A stretch of DNA of 64,000 nucleotides from Cenarchaeum sp. (GCA_965206845.1 OZ242221.1:224001-288000), one strand, 5' to 3'. Counted from the first letter of the stretch, positions 40,116 through 50,354 are shown. Made by a program: numbers and translations. Notes: a model not told the origin generated them from the letters alone.

Positions 40116-40892
40116 CTACACCTCGGCCCAGATTCTTCCCAGGCAGGCCAGCGCGTCTCCGAACATTCTGTTCAGATCCTGCAGCCGGCGGTCCTGGATT
40201 GACAGCGTGTTCTGGTCAAACCACTCATCTGCCAGGTACATGCTGCGGTTCATCTCAACCTGTATCCATGGAAATGGGTTGCCGCCGTACGTCTCTGCTA
40301 TGTATCCCCCGTGAAAGGGATCGTTAAAGCCGATCTCACCTATGCCGACATGAAACGAGTCGGCTATGCAGCAGGCCAGCGCATCCATCATCCCCCGGGA
40401 GCTGGTTCTGCCGTCCCGGTTGGAGATGCAAAACGCCGGCCGCTCCTTCGAGTTCCCGTCAGGCGATACTGCCGGGGCGACTTGAGCCATCGAGTGGCAG
40501 TCAAGGCACAGCTGCAGGTCCATATCTGCAACAGATCTCTGGATGCTTCGGTGGTATGGCAGGTAATACCTGTCGATCAGGATCTTGCGCATCTCCGCGT
40601 CCGGCCCCATGCCAGTGGCGTAGATGGGCCTGCGGTGGCAGGTCGAGCTCTTTATCAGGCCGTCTGGATTCTGCGGCGGCATGTCACGGAGCGACCGGTT
40701 TAGATCGACAAACGCCCGTGCGGTTTCAGAGACGATCACGCCGCTCACCATATCGCCCAGGTTGTATATCCTGTCGACAAACGGGTCCCCGTCATAGAAC
40801 AGGTCGCGGGCCGTTATGCAGAGGCGCCCCTCAAGTTCGGGCGGGGTCTGCGTGCCCCCGTGGGGAATTGACAGCAGGATCGGGAGGCTCAT
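40116..40892 (-). CDS. N-formylglutamate amidohydrolase family protein
   Basis: SIPHGG, D.FVD.IY, ARAFVDLNR, YYLPYH, DCHSM, NDPFHGGYI, IQVEMNR. Confidence 0.93.
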   Translation of the reverse strand: MSLPILLSIPHGGTQTPPELEGRLCITARDLFYDGDPFVDRIYNLGDMVSGVIVSETARAFVDLNRSLRDMPPQNPDGLIKSSTCHRRPIYATGMGPDAEMRKILIDRYYLPYHRSIQRSVADMDLQLCLDCHSMAQVAPAVSPDGNSKERPAFCISNRDGRTSSRGMMDALACCIADSFHVGIGEIGFNDPFHGGYIAETYGGNPFPWIQVEMNRSMYLADEWFDQNTLSIQDRRLQDLNRMFGDALACLGRIWAEV

Positions 40893-42550
40893 TCCGGACC
40901 GCCGGCGGTTCCGTCACGCCGCACCTCGGCCACGCCCTGAAATCCCTCTCCGGTCTGGCGCTTGAGCACTGCGTGTATTGCACCTAGGTAAAACGAGTAC
41001 CGCTCCAAAACATCGACTCTGTATCCCTTTGCCCTCAGGTGCGCCGCAAGTTCCGGGGCCTGATCGTCGCCCTCCATGCTTATTTTGCCACCCATAGAGC
41101 AGTGGATGCGCCCCCGCTCCATTGCGGCGTACATCGAGTCCTCCTCGTCAAACAGCCGGGACAGAAACAGGCTGACCGTGGAGAATATTCTCGAGCTGCC
41201 GGGGCTGCCTACGACGATCCACGGGGCGTGGTTGTAAAATACGATGCTGGGGCAGACAGATGACCATGGAATCGAGTTTGGCCTGAGAAAGAACGCGTTG
41301 CCCGGATCCTTGAGATCAAAGGCAGACATGTAGTTGTTGTACAGGAATCCCAGGCCGCCGGCTGCGGCCTTGGAGCCGTAAACCAGCTCGATTGACTGCG
41401 TCATGCTGACTGCATTTCCCTCGCCGTCCATTACGGAGAGGTGCGTCGTGTCCTCTAGGTCAAGGGTGAGCTCCCGCAGCGGCAGCGACCGGTCGATGTC
41501 ATCCCTGATGGAGCTTGCTACCTGTCTTGCGGAGCTTCTGCTCAGGTGCGTCATGTCCTTGATCTGGTGGTACGTGCTGGGATCAAAGGGGTTCTGCGTT
41601 CTGTACAGTAGCGCCTTTCGGAGCGTCTCGGATATGTAGTGGTACGTTCTTGGGCCCTTGTGCCTCAGGATTCTCTTTGGGATGTTGTTGAGCATCATCA
41701 GTACCAGGAGCATTATGTCGCCGGCTCCCGGGGGCGGGATGGTGGAGACCTGCATTCCCCGGTACCGCCTGGATATGGGCTCTCTCTCAACTGGTGTGGG
41801 GATCAGTTCCAGGTCCTGCCTCCGCAGGTACCCCCCGTTTGCGCGCATGTCCTGGTCTATCTGGTCTGCGATCTCTCCGTTATAGAACGACTCGTATCCG
41901 GAGCTGCCGAGGCGCTCAAGCATCTCCCCCAGATCCTCCTGGACGAACAGGTCGCCTGCCCCATATGGGACACACCCGTCCTTGAGAAAGTACCTGGCGC
42001 CGGATCGTGACTTGACTGCCATGAACTTGTCCAAGTTGTTTGCCTGGGACATGTGCTGGAGCTCCGTAATGCGGTACCCCGACTTTGCTGTCCTGGTGGC
42101 CGGCCCGATCACTGTCTGCCAGTCAAGCCTGCCGTAGTGCTCACTGAGGTACCCGATTGCTGCAACGGTGCTGGGCACGGTAGTCGCACCATACCCTACA
42201 AACTGCTGCTCGCGGCTCGCAAACGCGGACGAATGGGCCAGCGACGGCGCCCGGCTGGAGCCGTCGACTGCGATCGTCTTACCGTCGATGTGGATCAGCG
42301 CAATCGTCTGTCCTCCGACGCCTGATGCCTGCGGCTCGCACACTGCAAGCGACAGGGAGGCGGCGCATGCGGCATCCACCGCATTTCCACCTTTTTTGAG
42401 CATCTCAATGCCTGCCTCTGTCGCCTGGGGAAACGCGGTGGCCACCATTCCGCGCCGGGAGACGGCTGCCTTTTTGCTGTCAAGTGGCACAAAGGACTCC
42501 TCGATCCTCCCTATATCCACGCCCCGTTTTTTGCGGATCTGCTCCTGCAT
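40889..42550 (-). CDS. ggt: Gamma-glutamyltransferase family protein
   Basis: GGNAVDAA, EPQASGVGG, TTHLSVMD (Thr nucleophile), LYNNYM, GSPGS. Confidence 0.95.
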   Translation of the reverse strand: MQEQIRKKRGVDIGRIEESFVPLDSKKAAVSRRGMVATAFPQATEAGIEMLKKGGNAVDAACAASLSLAVCEPQASGVGGQTIALIHIDGKTIAVDGSSRAPSLAHSSAFASREQQFVGYGATTVPSTVAAIGYLSEHYGRLDWQTVIGPATRTAKSGYRITELQHMSQANNLDKFMAVKSRSGARYFLKDGCVPYGAGDLFVQEDLGEMLERLGSSGYESFYNGEIADQIDQDMRANGGYLRRQDLELIPTPVEREPISRRYRGMQVSTIPPPGAGDIMLLVLMMLNNIPKRILRHKGPRTYHYISETLRKALLYRTQNPFDPSTYHQIKDMTHLSRSSARQVASSIRDDIDRSLPLRELTLDLEDTTHLSVMDGEGNAVSMTQSIELVYGSKAAAGGLGFLYNNYMSAFDLKDPGNAFFLRPNSIPWSSVCPSIVFYNHAPWIVVGSPGSSRIFSTVSLFLSRLFDEEDSMYAAMERGRIHCSMGGKISMEGDDQAPELAAHLRAKGYRVDVLERYSFYLGAIHAVLKRQTGEGFQGVAEVRRDGTAGGPE

Positions 42551-42554
42551 GCCC

Positions 42555-44741
42555 CTACTGACGCTCCCCGTCAGGCTCTGCGCAGCTGTGCGCGACCAGA
42601 GCCAGAAGCAGGCCTCTGTCGACCAAGCTGTCGCGCAGGATGTGCTCATTTGGGGTTCTGTGGTCGTACCCGATGGGCCCCATGGAGCCCAGCATGCGCA
42701 TGCCAGAGGGGACATCGCACAGGCTAGATGTGGCAAAGCGGTGGGCCGGCTGGATCTTGATGTCAGCCTTGGCTGCCAGACTCTGAACCCTCTCGTAGAA
42801 CCGCATTATGTCGTCTGCTGCTTCTACGGGATCCCTTGTCACCTGCTTTACAACATGCACGTCCAGCTTTGACTTTGCCCTCGTCTTTGCAATCTTGTTT
42901 ATCCTGGCATCAAAGTCTTCCCCCTGGGCGAAGCTCGAGTAGCGGGATCCCAGCGTCAGCCTCCCGTAGTCCGGCGAGCTCCCGAAGGATGTCTTGACAG
43001 AAAAGTCAAACACTGTCATTCTGGCATCGGTGCTGCCGTAGGAGATCTTCTTCCACGCAATCAGCTTTTTGCACATATCGGGGATTACGTCCTTGGTCGT
43101 CTCATTGGGGCGCCTCACGTGAACCATATCGATGCCGTACCGGATGGTGCCGGAGCAGGTTGTTGCGACACCGCCACCCGGCATTCCCCATTTTAGATCC
43201 ACAACGTGCCTTGAGCGCTCAGAGACATCACGGACGAGTTTTTTGCTGGAGCGGCCCCCCAAGTGGTCGTCAGAGATGAGCAGTATTCCGCACCTGATCT
43301 TTTTGAGCTTTCTGGCAAACCGCAGCGCCTGCAACGCCGAGAGCATTGCGACAAGCCCGCCCTTGCTCTCTGCCACCCCCGATCCGAACAGCTTGTTCCC
43401 CATCCTGTGAAACTGCGCAAAGTCGCGGTTCTCATACCAGGTATCAAGGTGGCTCAGAAACAGGATGTCGTTTGTATCGGAGCTGTGGTTGGCAGAGTAG
43501 ATCATGTCTCCTACATCAAACTCGTGATACCTCTGGGTTTTGAAGCCCATGTGCTCCAGCCGCCTGGTGATGATCTCGCCCAGTTTGTTGACGTCCTCGA
43601 CGTTGTACGTGCTCGAGTTTACGTTGACCAGGTGCTCTAGCAGCTGCTCGTTGGTTGTGAGATGGCTGCGCAGGTAGCTGCGAACCACTGTTCTTAGCGG
43701 CTGGGATCGGACGCCCTCGGTGGCCGACTCGGGACTATGCAGGTAGGACTCTCCAAAGTACCGCATTGCGGCAGTCTCCAGAATCTTGTTGATCAGCGAG
43801 TCGTAGGTGTATCCTGCGACCTTTGCGGAGTGGACAAAGGAGCCCGTGGTGCCCAGGCTTGCCATCGAGTTCAGCTCCAGTACGTACAACCTGTTGTCAT
43901 GGTCCATCCTGAGATCCACGCGGCAGAAGTCGTTTAGCCCCAGCTTGTGAAAGGAGTCCAGGCATATCTGCCGGACGGATCTCTCCTGCTCCTCTGAGAG
44001 GACCGCGGGGCAGATCTTCTCCACAGGCTGGGTCATCTTGTCGGATTTCGTTTGAATCTTGTTTGGGTCGCCGTGAAAGTTAAACTCCACAATCGGCAGA
44101 ACCTCTGCATGCGTTCCGTTTCCCAGTATGCCCACCGCAAACTCCCGCCCGGGAATGAACTGCTCGACCAGTATATCCTGCGAGTACTTTTCAATCTGCT
44201 CCCGTACGGCCTCCCGGAGATCTGGCCAGTTGTCCACGACCTTCATGCCCATTGACGTCGACTCCATCTTGGGCTTTACAATAACTGGAAACGTCAGATC
44301 GTCAAAGGTGTCATCGGCGGTCGAGAATACCCAGAACGCGGCGGTGGGGATGCCGTTCTTCTGAAGCACCAGCTTTGTCATTCCCTTGTCCTGCACTACC
44401 GCATGCGCCTCTGGGCCGGAGCCGACGTAGGGTATCCCCAGCATCTCCAGCATTGCCGGAACATGCGTGTAGCGGTTTCTTCCCTGGATCCCGTAGGCCA
44501 TGTTGAAGACCATTCCGGGCCTATCGCCTGCAACCACCCTTGGCATAAAGTCCCTCATCTCGTCGATGAAGCTCATTCCGCCCTCGATCACCTTTACGGT
44601 GTGTCCCCCTCGCTCCAGGGATCTTGCGGCCTTCTCTATCGTTTTTGGGCTGTAGTGCTCTTTTGTAGTCACCCCAAACACGTTGATGACGTCTTCCTCG
44701 TTGATCAGCTTCTTGTTGTATACTATTGCTATCTTCAACAT
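42555..44741 (-). CDS. D-Ala-D-Ala-ligase-like ATP-grasp domain fused to an M20/carboxypeptidase G2-like domain
   Basis: LEMLGIPYVGS, DK, PVIVKP, LVEQFIPGRE, RVD.R, LELN; then LVNVNS, SHLDT, GSGVAESKGG, HRTPNE. Confidence 0.9.
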   Translation of the reverse strand: MLKIAIVYNKKLINEEDVINVFGVTTKEHYSPKTIEKAARSLERGGHTVKVIEGGMSFIDEMRDFMPRVVAGDRPGMVFNMAYGIQGRNRYTHVPAMLEMLGIPYVGSGPEAHAVVQDKGMTKLVLQKNGIPTAAFWVFSTADDTFDDLTFPVIVKPKMESTSMGMKVVDNWPDLREAVREQIEKYSQDILVEQFIPGREFAVGILGNGTHAEVLPIVEFNFHGDPNKIQTKSDKMTQPVEKICPAVLSEEQERSVRQICLDSFHKLGLNDFCRVDLRMDHDNRLYVLELNSMASLGTTGSFVHSAKVAGYTYDSLINKILETAAMRYFGESYLHSPESATEGVRSQPLRTVVRSYLRSHLTTNEQLLEHLVNVNSSTYNVEDVNKLGEIITRRLEHMGFKTQRYHEFDVGDMIYSANHSSDTNDILFLSHLDTWYENRDFAQFHRMGNKLFGSGVAESKGGLVAMLSALQALRFARKLKKIRCGILLISDDHLGGRSSKKLVRDVSERSRHVVDLKWGMPGGGVATTCSGTIRYGIDMVHVRRPNETTKDVIPDMCKKLIAWKKISYGSTDARMTVFDFSVKTSFGSSPDYGRLTLGSRYSSFAQGEDFDARINKIAKTRAKSKLDVHVVKQVTRDPVEAADDIMRFYERVQSLAAKADIKIQPAHRFATSSLCDVPSGMRMLGSMGPIGYDHRTPNEHILRDSLVDRGLLLALVAHSCAEPDGERQ

Positions 44742-44768
44742 CCATCCGGTGACAAAATGGTAAATAAA

Positions 44769-45160
44769 CTAAACTAGGAGCCCCGGCGGAATCCCGCGCA
44801 GGCTTGCCGCAATCCGGGTCAGCGCAAGATCCAGGTCGTCCGGAACCCAGATCAGCAGTCCTGCATCTTGCGACACGCCCTCGCATGCCCCGCTAAAGCT
44901 GGCGTATGACCTGCCGGAGCATCCCGGATAGTGCTCAAACGAGCTTGAGTTCCTTGTGAACCTGAAGTACTCGGAGACTGCCGGAACGAAAAAGACATCA
45001 AAGGCCGTGTCGCTGTCCCCGGATCGTACGCTGTACGCGTACGAGGTAGTCTCATGCGAGCTGCACACCGGAACGAACTGAACGCACCCGTCCTGCCAGT
45101 CGCAGCCATCTGGGCTGTCCTGCAGATGGTTCCGGCACACCAACGCGTACGGGTAGCTGG
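44769..45160 (-). pseudogene. Fragment of a Cys-containing extracellular domain
   Basis: Protein-like stretch YAYSVRS...FDVFFVP...HYPGCSG..Y.SFSGACEGV with no convincing start. Confidence 0.4.
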
Positions 45161-45326
45161 CTACGGTCGCGCCGGCCCCTACCGTGGCAGCAACCGCCAC
45201 GGTTACAGCCGCTGCAGCCTGCTGACTGCTGCGGTGGATCCGTTTAGTTATCAATGTTATTAATAATTAGGCATAAATCTGCTAAGGGTTGCGCATAAAT
45301 CCACCAATAAAAGCCATTGCTCATAG

Positions 45327-45360
45327 TTTTAGTAACCAACATACTTGATTTCAACTAAAA
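45327..45360. promoter_or_regulatory. Possible operator upstream of the NikR-like gene
   Basis: TTTTAGT-N20-ACTAAAA inverted repeat just upstream of TATA-like TTTAAATA. Confidence 0.3.
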
Positions 45361-45413
45361 ATACATAAAATTTACTACTAAATTTAAATAACAATTAACA
45401 GCCAGTGAAGAGC

Positions 45414-45797
45414 ATGCCTATCGTCTCGGTATCGCTGAACAGCAAAATGCTTGATGAGCTCGACGGCCTCCAGAGCGCCATGGGGTTCAGCGGAAGATCC
45501 GAGATCATCAGGGCAGGCATCAGGACGTTCATCCAAGAGGAGAAGCAGAAGAGCAACCTAAAGGATGTGCAGAACGCGGTGCTGCTTGTGGTTCATGCAG
45601 ACGAATTTGACGACCGGGTTGCGAGCATAAAGCACAGCTACGAGGATCTGATCAGGACGCACCTGCACAACAAGATTGACGACGGCAGGTGTATGGAGAT
45701 GTTCTTTTTGGATGGCGACTCGAAGCGGATACAGGCGGTAACAAAGGGGTTCATAACCGACAGGAAGATGGATACGGTAAAGCTGGTCACGCTGTGA
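45414..45797 (+). CDS. NikR/CopG-family ribbon-helix-helix metal-responsive regulator
   Basis: IVSVSL...LD......GFSGRSEIIRAGIR; HSYEDLIRTHLHNKID..RCME. Confidence 0.9.
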   Translation: MPIVSVSLNSKMLDELDGLQSAMGFSGRSEIIRAGIRTFIQEEKQKSNLKDVQNAVLLVVHADEFDDRVASIKHSYEDLIRTHLHNKIDDGRCMEMFFLDGDSKRIQAVTKGFITDRKMDTVKLVTL

Positions 45798-45870
45798 TCT
45801 GGCACGATATCAGGCGCAAATACCGTCTAGCCCGGAATGAGCTTTGGCCCGTCACCACAGTCCAGATTCG

Positions 45871-46662
45871 CTATGCGATCCAAAAACCAAGCGAGAAGAT
45901 CCTTCCCTTGTATTCAAACAGGTGACCCTCAAGCGTGTTTGCCTGCCAGTTCAGATATTTCGATATGGTTACAGGGGACAGACCGGATGTCTGAACCTTA
46001 ATGCTCTCCTGATGTTGGCCAATATCATCGATGGCAAGCCTGATTAGCGGCATGATGTCCATCCGTTTTTCTGACAGATCGGCCCAGACGTTATCATTCC
46101 CCTGGAGAGGCCCGCGCGCTTTGTAAGCGTGTAGGCGAATAAAATCCCCGCCTTCTTTCATATTTGGAATATACAAACCGTCGGGACCTATGCCATAGTG
46201 CTCACCGTTGTATTCAAAATAGCGTCCGTCAAATATGCGTCTGTGGGCTGTTGGATCTATTGCCAAATATTTTTCTGGTACAAGCTCATCTTCAATAGTA
46301 AAGAAGTCCGTAGAATTCTTTGAGTACTTTTCAGCCAAAATTTCAGCATACTGGTGCTGAAAATTATCCAAGTCCTCAAAGGATATAAGCACGCTGCCTT
46401 CGGTGTTTAATGGGTACTCCTTTGAGAGGGCTTCATGAATTAGTCCCTTTAATTCAGGCGCACCCTCCAGGTCCTTATCGGTGATTACGGTCGGAGGATA
46501 ATCCGGGTGTATTTCTATCCCTTGAACTGAATAGTCCGAGTAAAGAGTTAACCTCATTCCTTCAAAGTATGGCGAGTAGCCACCTGCAACAGCAAATAGA
46601 TAAAGCAGTCCCGTTGCCAAAAAGACAGCTGCGGGGATTATGATCTTAGTTCTAGTCTTCAT
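45871..46662 (-). CDS. Hypothetical membrane-anchored protein
   Basis: N-terminal TM; internal repeat (YFEYNGEHY / LFEYKGRIF); lower GC than its flanks. Confidence 0.75.
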   Translation of the reverse strand: MKTRTKIIIPAAVFLATGLLYLFAVAGGYSPYFEGMRLTLYSDYSVQGIEIHPDYPPTVITDKDLEGAPELKGLIHEALSKEYPLNTEGSVLISFEDLDNFQHQYAEILAEKYSKNSTDFFTIEDELVPEKYLAIDPTAHRRIFDGRYFEYNGEHYGIGPDGLYIPNMKEGGDFIRLHAYKARGPLQGNDNVWADLSEKRMDIMPLIRLAIDDIGQHQESIKVQTSGLSPVTISKYLNWQANTLEGHLFEYKGRIFSLGFWIA

Positions 46663-46920
46663 TGCTGCCCAGCGCGCTAGCTAAGAAAGGCTGCAGTTTT
46701 AACATGCACCATTACCAAAACGCTGTCCGTATAAACCAAATGCAGGTTGCGGTTAGCCCGGATAGGTCGCTCCAGCACATGCGGGCCAGTTGGCATACCG
46801 TCCGGCTTGCCCCGATACGAGGATGCATCTGTTGTCCGTGCGCCCAGGTGCTGGCGGGCCATCGAATTTTGAGAAGGATTGCTTCTGAAGTTTAATACGC
46901 ATGCCAGAGAATGACAGATA

Positions 46921-47895
46921 TTGGACTTTGAGGGGCTGCAGGACTTTATAAGACACAAGATGAGGATGACGCACATCTACCAGCCGATTGTGATAAAGAC
47001 GCTTCTGGAGTCGGACAACATGGCGACTGCCGAGGACATTGCAAGGGCTTTTCTGAACGAGGACGAGGCACAGCTGGAGTATTACGTCAGAATAGCAAAG
47101 AGGTGGCCGCTCATAACTCTGAGAAATCACGGGATAATCGGCTACGAGCGGGGCGGCAGGAATGGTATATTCACGCTACTTCTAGAGGACATCACGCCGG
47201 AGCAGAAGGCAAGGCTGGTGGAATTGTGTGATCTGAGGCGGGAGGAGTACATCGAAAATGCACTCAGACTGCCGTGGTTCAACAGGCGGGGCCGCAGGAG
47301 GCACATACCTGGCAAGTTGAGGTTTGACGTGCTGGCAAAGTCAGGGGGCGTCTGTGTGGCCTGTGGCATCTCCTCGCGGAAGAGGGCAATCGAGGTCGAC
47401 CATATCGTGCCGGTAAACATGGGCGGCACCAGCGACCTGTCCAACCTGCAGGCGCTGTGCTACAAGTGCAACGCGCAAAAGCAAGATCGTGATGACACAG
47501 ACTTTGTCATGGTTCAGAACCGGCTCAAATATCGAAACCCCGAGTGCTTCCTGTGCATGTCGAGTGGGCGCATATCTGAGAACGGCATGGCGTTTGCCAT
47601 GCGGGATGCAAATCCCGTGACCCGCCTGCACTCGGTTGTAATGCCAATAAGGCATACCGGGACTTTTTTTGATCTCATACCTGCAGAAAAGGCGTCATGC
47701 CTTGATCTCATAGACTCGGTCAAGTCGGAGATTCAGGGGAGAGACAGGACGGTGACCGGATTCAATGTGGGCTTTGACTCCGGTAGCGCCGCAGGCCAGG
47801 TGGAGGCGCACTGTCTGATTCACGTGATTCCAAGACGGCACGGCGATCATGGAAGATCTGCGGGCGGGATCAGAAGCGTTCTGAACCGGGAGTGA
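46921..47895 (+). CDS. HNH endonuclease-HIT domain fusion protein
   Basis: N-terminal MRMTHIYQP domain; CVACG..EVDHIVP...GG....NLQALCYKCN; CFLC...PVTRLH.VVMP.RH...GFNVG...AGQ...HCLIHVIPRR. Confidence 0.9.
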   Translation: MDFEGLQDFIRHKMRMTHIYQPIVIKTLLESDNMATAEDIARAFLNEDEAQLEYYVRIAKRWPLITLRNHGIIGYERGGRNGIFTLLLEDITPEQKARLVELCDLRREEYIENALRLPWFNRRGRRRHIPGKLRFDVLAKSGGVCVACGISSRKRAIEVDHIVPVNMGGTSDLSNLQALCYKCNAQKQDRDDTDFVMVQNRLKYRNPECFLCMSSGRISENGMAFAMRDANPVTRLHSVVMPIRHTGTFFDLIPAEKASCLDLIDSVKSEIQGRDRTVTGFNVGFDSGSAAGQVEAHCLIHVIPRRHGDHGRSAGGIRSVLNRE

Positions 47896-47974
47896 GGCCG
47901 GCACTGCAGGCCCGGAAGACCGGGTGCCCCGATACCAGAACCGGTACTGCCATACAGGCATGAAATAAGCACAG

Positions 47975-48056
47975 CGCCAGGTAAGGGATTCGAACCCCTG
48001 GGCGCTCACGCGCAGCCGTTTTCGAGACGGCCGCCTTACCACTTGGCTAACCTGGC
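47975..48056 (-). tRNA. tRNA-Ser(CGA)
   Basis: GCCAGGT acceptor stem, anticodon arm GCCGT-CTCGAAA-ACGGC, long variable arm, GGTTCGAATCC. Confidence 0.96.
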
Positions 48057-48135
48057 AGTAGATCGTCGGACAAACCACCTAATATACGAGCGCCCGGTAA
48101 AAAACACAAAAGGGGGAGCGCATGCAGGGATACCA

Positions 48136-49155
48136 TTGGGAGTAGACATCAAGACACTGCTGGTAAGGGAGAGGACCCGGCTGGAGTTGTTCTCGTCCCG
48201 CATAGTGGCAATAGATGCCTACAATGCCATGTACCAGTTTCTGGCGATAATCCGCGGGCCCGACGGGAGGAACCTGTCCGATTCCCGGGGGGAGGTCACA
48301 AGCCACCTCAGCGGCCTGCTGTACCGGAACATAAACTTTCTAACAATGGGGATAAAACCCGTCTACGTCTTTGACGGGAGACCGCCCTCGCTCAAGTCAG
48401 TGGAGATAGAGCGAAGGCGCCAGATAAAGAGGGACGCCACAGTCAAGTACGAGAAGGCGCTGTCCCGGGGCAGCGTAGAGGAGGTGCGAAAGTACGCGCA
48501 ACAGACCACATCACTCAGGGACAGCATGGTGGACGACACCAAAAAGCTCCTGGCGATGTTTGGAATCCCCTGGGTTGACGCGCCATCCGAGGGTGAGGCA
48601 ACCGCAGCCCACATGACCCGGACCGGCGCCGCGTTTGCGTCTGCCAGCCAGGACTTTGACTCGATCCTGTTCGGGGCAAAAAAACTCGCAAGAAACTTTA
48701 CCAACAGCGGCCGGAGAAAGATTCCAAACAGGAACACCTACGTAGATGTGGAGCCAGAGATAATCGATCTGCAAAAGTCCTTGGACGCGCTCGATCTCAC
48801 GAGGGAGCAGATGGTGGATATCGGGATACTCATCGGAACCGACTTTAACCCGGACGGATTCAGGCGCGTGGGCCCCAAGACGGCGCTGAAGATGATAAAG
48901 CGGCACTCCAGGCTGGAGGACATCCCCGGCATCAGTGAGGAGCTTGGGCAGGTAGACTACCAGCAGATACGTGACATCTTCCTGAAACCCAATGTTGCAG
49001 ATGTGAGCAGCGTGGAGTTTGGCAGCGTTGATTATGACGGGGTGCTGGAGTATCTTACAGGACGCGACTTTGCCCCGGAGAGGGTGCAGGCATCCCTGAA
49101 CCGGCTCAGAAAGGCGCTGGAGAGGCGCAGCAACAACCTGGATCGATGGATGTAG
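48136..49155 (+). CDS. fen: Flap endonuclease 1
   Basis: TTG start MGV; [39 protein letters not shown]-terminal PIP-like LDRWM. Confidence 0.97.
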   Translation: MGVDIKTLLVRERTRLELFSSRIVAIDAYNAMYQFLAIIRGPDGRNLSDSRGEVTSHLSGLLYRNINFLTMGIKPVYVFDGRPPSLKSVEIERRRQIKRDATVKYEKALSRGSVEEVRKYAQQTTSLRDSMVDDTKKLLAMFGIPWVDAPSEGEATAAHMTRTGAAFASASQDFDSILFGAKKLARNFTNSGRRKIPNRNTYVDVEPEIIDLQKSLDALDLTREQMVDIGILIGTDFNPDGFRRVGPKTALKMIKRHSRLEDIPGISEELGQVDYQQIRDIFLKPNVADVSSVEFGSVDYDGVLEYLTGRDFAPERVQASLNRLRKALERRSNNLDRWM

Positions 49156-49502
49156 TCCTGTATCCTGGGCCAGTCAGGCTTCAAGAGGATGACTGATCCG
49201 CGTCTGTCCCAGGGATTGCCCCAAAGGCAGAACTGGTACGCAGTAAGGGCACCTGCAGGTTTTGGTGCGGCCGCGCCTCTGCCCAAGACGGCGTCACTCA
49301 CGGCCACCTGCCGTGACCGGCGACATTTATCCCTGCGGCGCCGGTCGGCGTCCTGCTGCCTGGATCTATGCGGCAACCGGGGTGGCCGCATCACACAACA
49401 GGTCTGCTGGTGGCAGGCAGACGTACTACGCGGAACGGTACCGCCATATCCTCAAAGGGGTTCGGCCTTAGAAACATATAGAATCACAGGTGTTGCATCC
49501 CC

Positions 49503-50354
49503 GTGGACCTGGTCAGTGGAATAGTGAGGCTCAAGTCGGAGTTTCGTACAAAACACGCCGGAGCGGGCCACCTGCAGGAGCCCATACCCCTGGAATCGAC
49601 AGAGGTGGTGCAGGTGGGGGACAGTGACCTCGACATGCTGCACAGGTTTGTCGATATACACCCGGCGTACCACGGCTGGCAGGATGCAGACTTTCTGGGG
49701 GTTCCGTGCAGGGTGCACCAGGCAGACATAAACCAGTACTGGCTGGACAGCATAAAGCACGGTGCCAGCTGCCAGTCGTTCTACCCCACATGGATGCTCT
49801 CGGCGTACGCGCTGTCTGCGCACCTCAAGGCCGCAGGTTTCTCTGAAGTGGTCGACATAGGATCCGGAGACGGCCGCATCGCATACTGTGCCCGGCTGGT
49901 GGGAATGAGGGCGCATGGCCTGGAGATAGACGGAGGCCTGGTGCAGCTGCAGCATGACATCGCCCGCGCCACAGGGGTGGCCTTTGAGGCCAGGGTGGCT
50001 GACGCGACGCGCTTTGACTATCATTCACTGGATCTGAGGCGCCCGGCGTTCCTCGTCTCGGGACTGCCGGAGATGGGCGGCGAGATGCTGGCCCGAAGCG
50101 TGATCGATGCCATATCTACAGACGCCGGCATGAGGGACAGGGCGTGCCTTGTCCTTATGGGCAAGACAGGCTCCCGGCTGGACGGGCACGGATGGGGCGA
50201 GACCATCCGGAGTTTTGGGCTGGAGGTGGACTGCACCATTAGGCTTCCAACCCACTGGACAGCAGAGCAGGCAGACGACACGCCACACATACGCGCCCGG
50301 CTTCCATCTCAGGCAGGCAGGGGTGCTGCTGCACACCAGACCCGTACCGCATAG
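49503..50354 (+). CDS. Putative SAM-dependent methyltransferase
   Basis: VVDIGSGDGRI, GLEID, ADAT motifs. Confidence 0.75.
   Translation: MDLVSGIVRLKSEFRTKHAGAGHLQEPIPLESTEVVQVGDSDLDMLHRFVDIHPAYHGWQDADFLGVPCRVHQADINQYWLDSIKHGASCQSFYPTWMLSAYALSAHLKAAGFSEVVDIGSGDGRIAYCARLVGMRAHGLEIDGGLVQLQHDIARATGVAFEARVADATRFDYHSLDLRRPAFLVSGLPEMGGEMLARSVIDAISTDAGMRDRACLVLMGKTGSRLDGHGWGETIRSFGLEVDCTIRLPTHWTAEQADDTPHIRARLPSQAGRGAAAHQTRTA

Noticed and set aside
45800-47975. Integrative element at tRNA-Ser
   Set aside because: No integrase gene and no duplicated tRNA 3' end (att site) found
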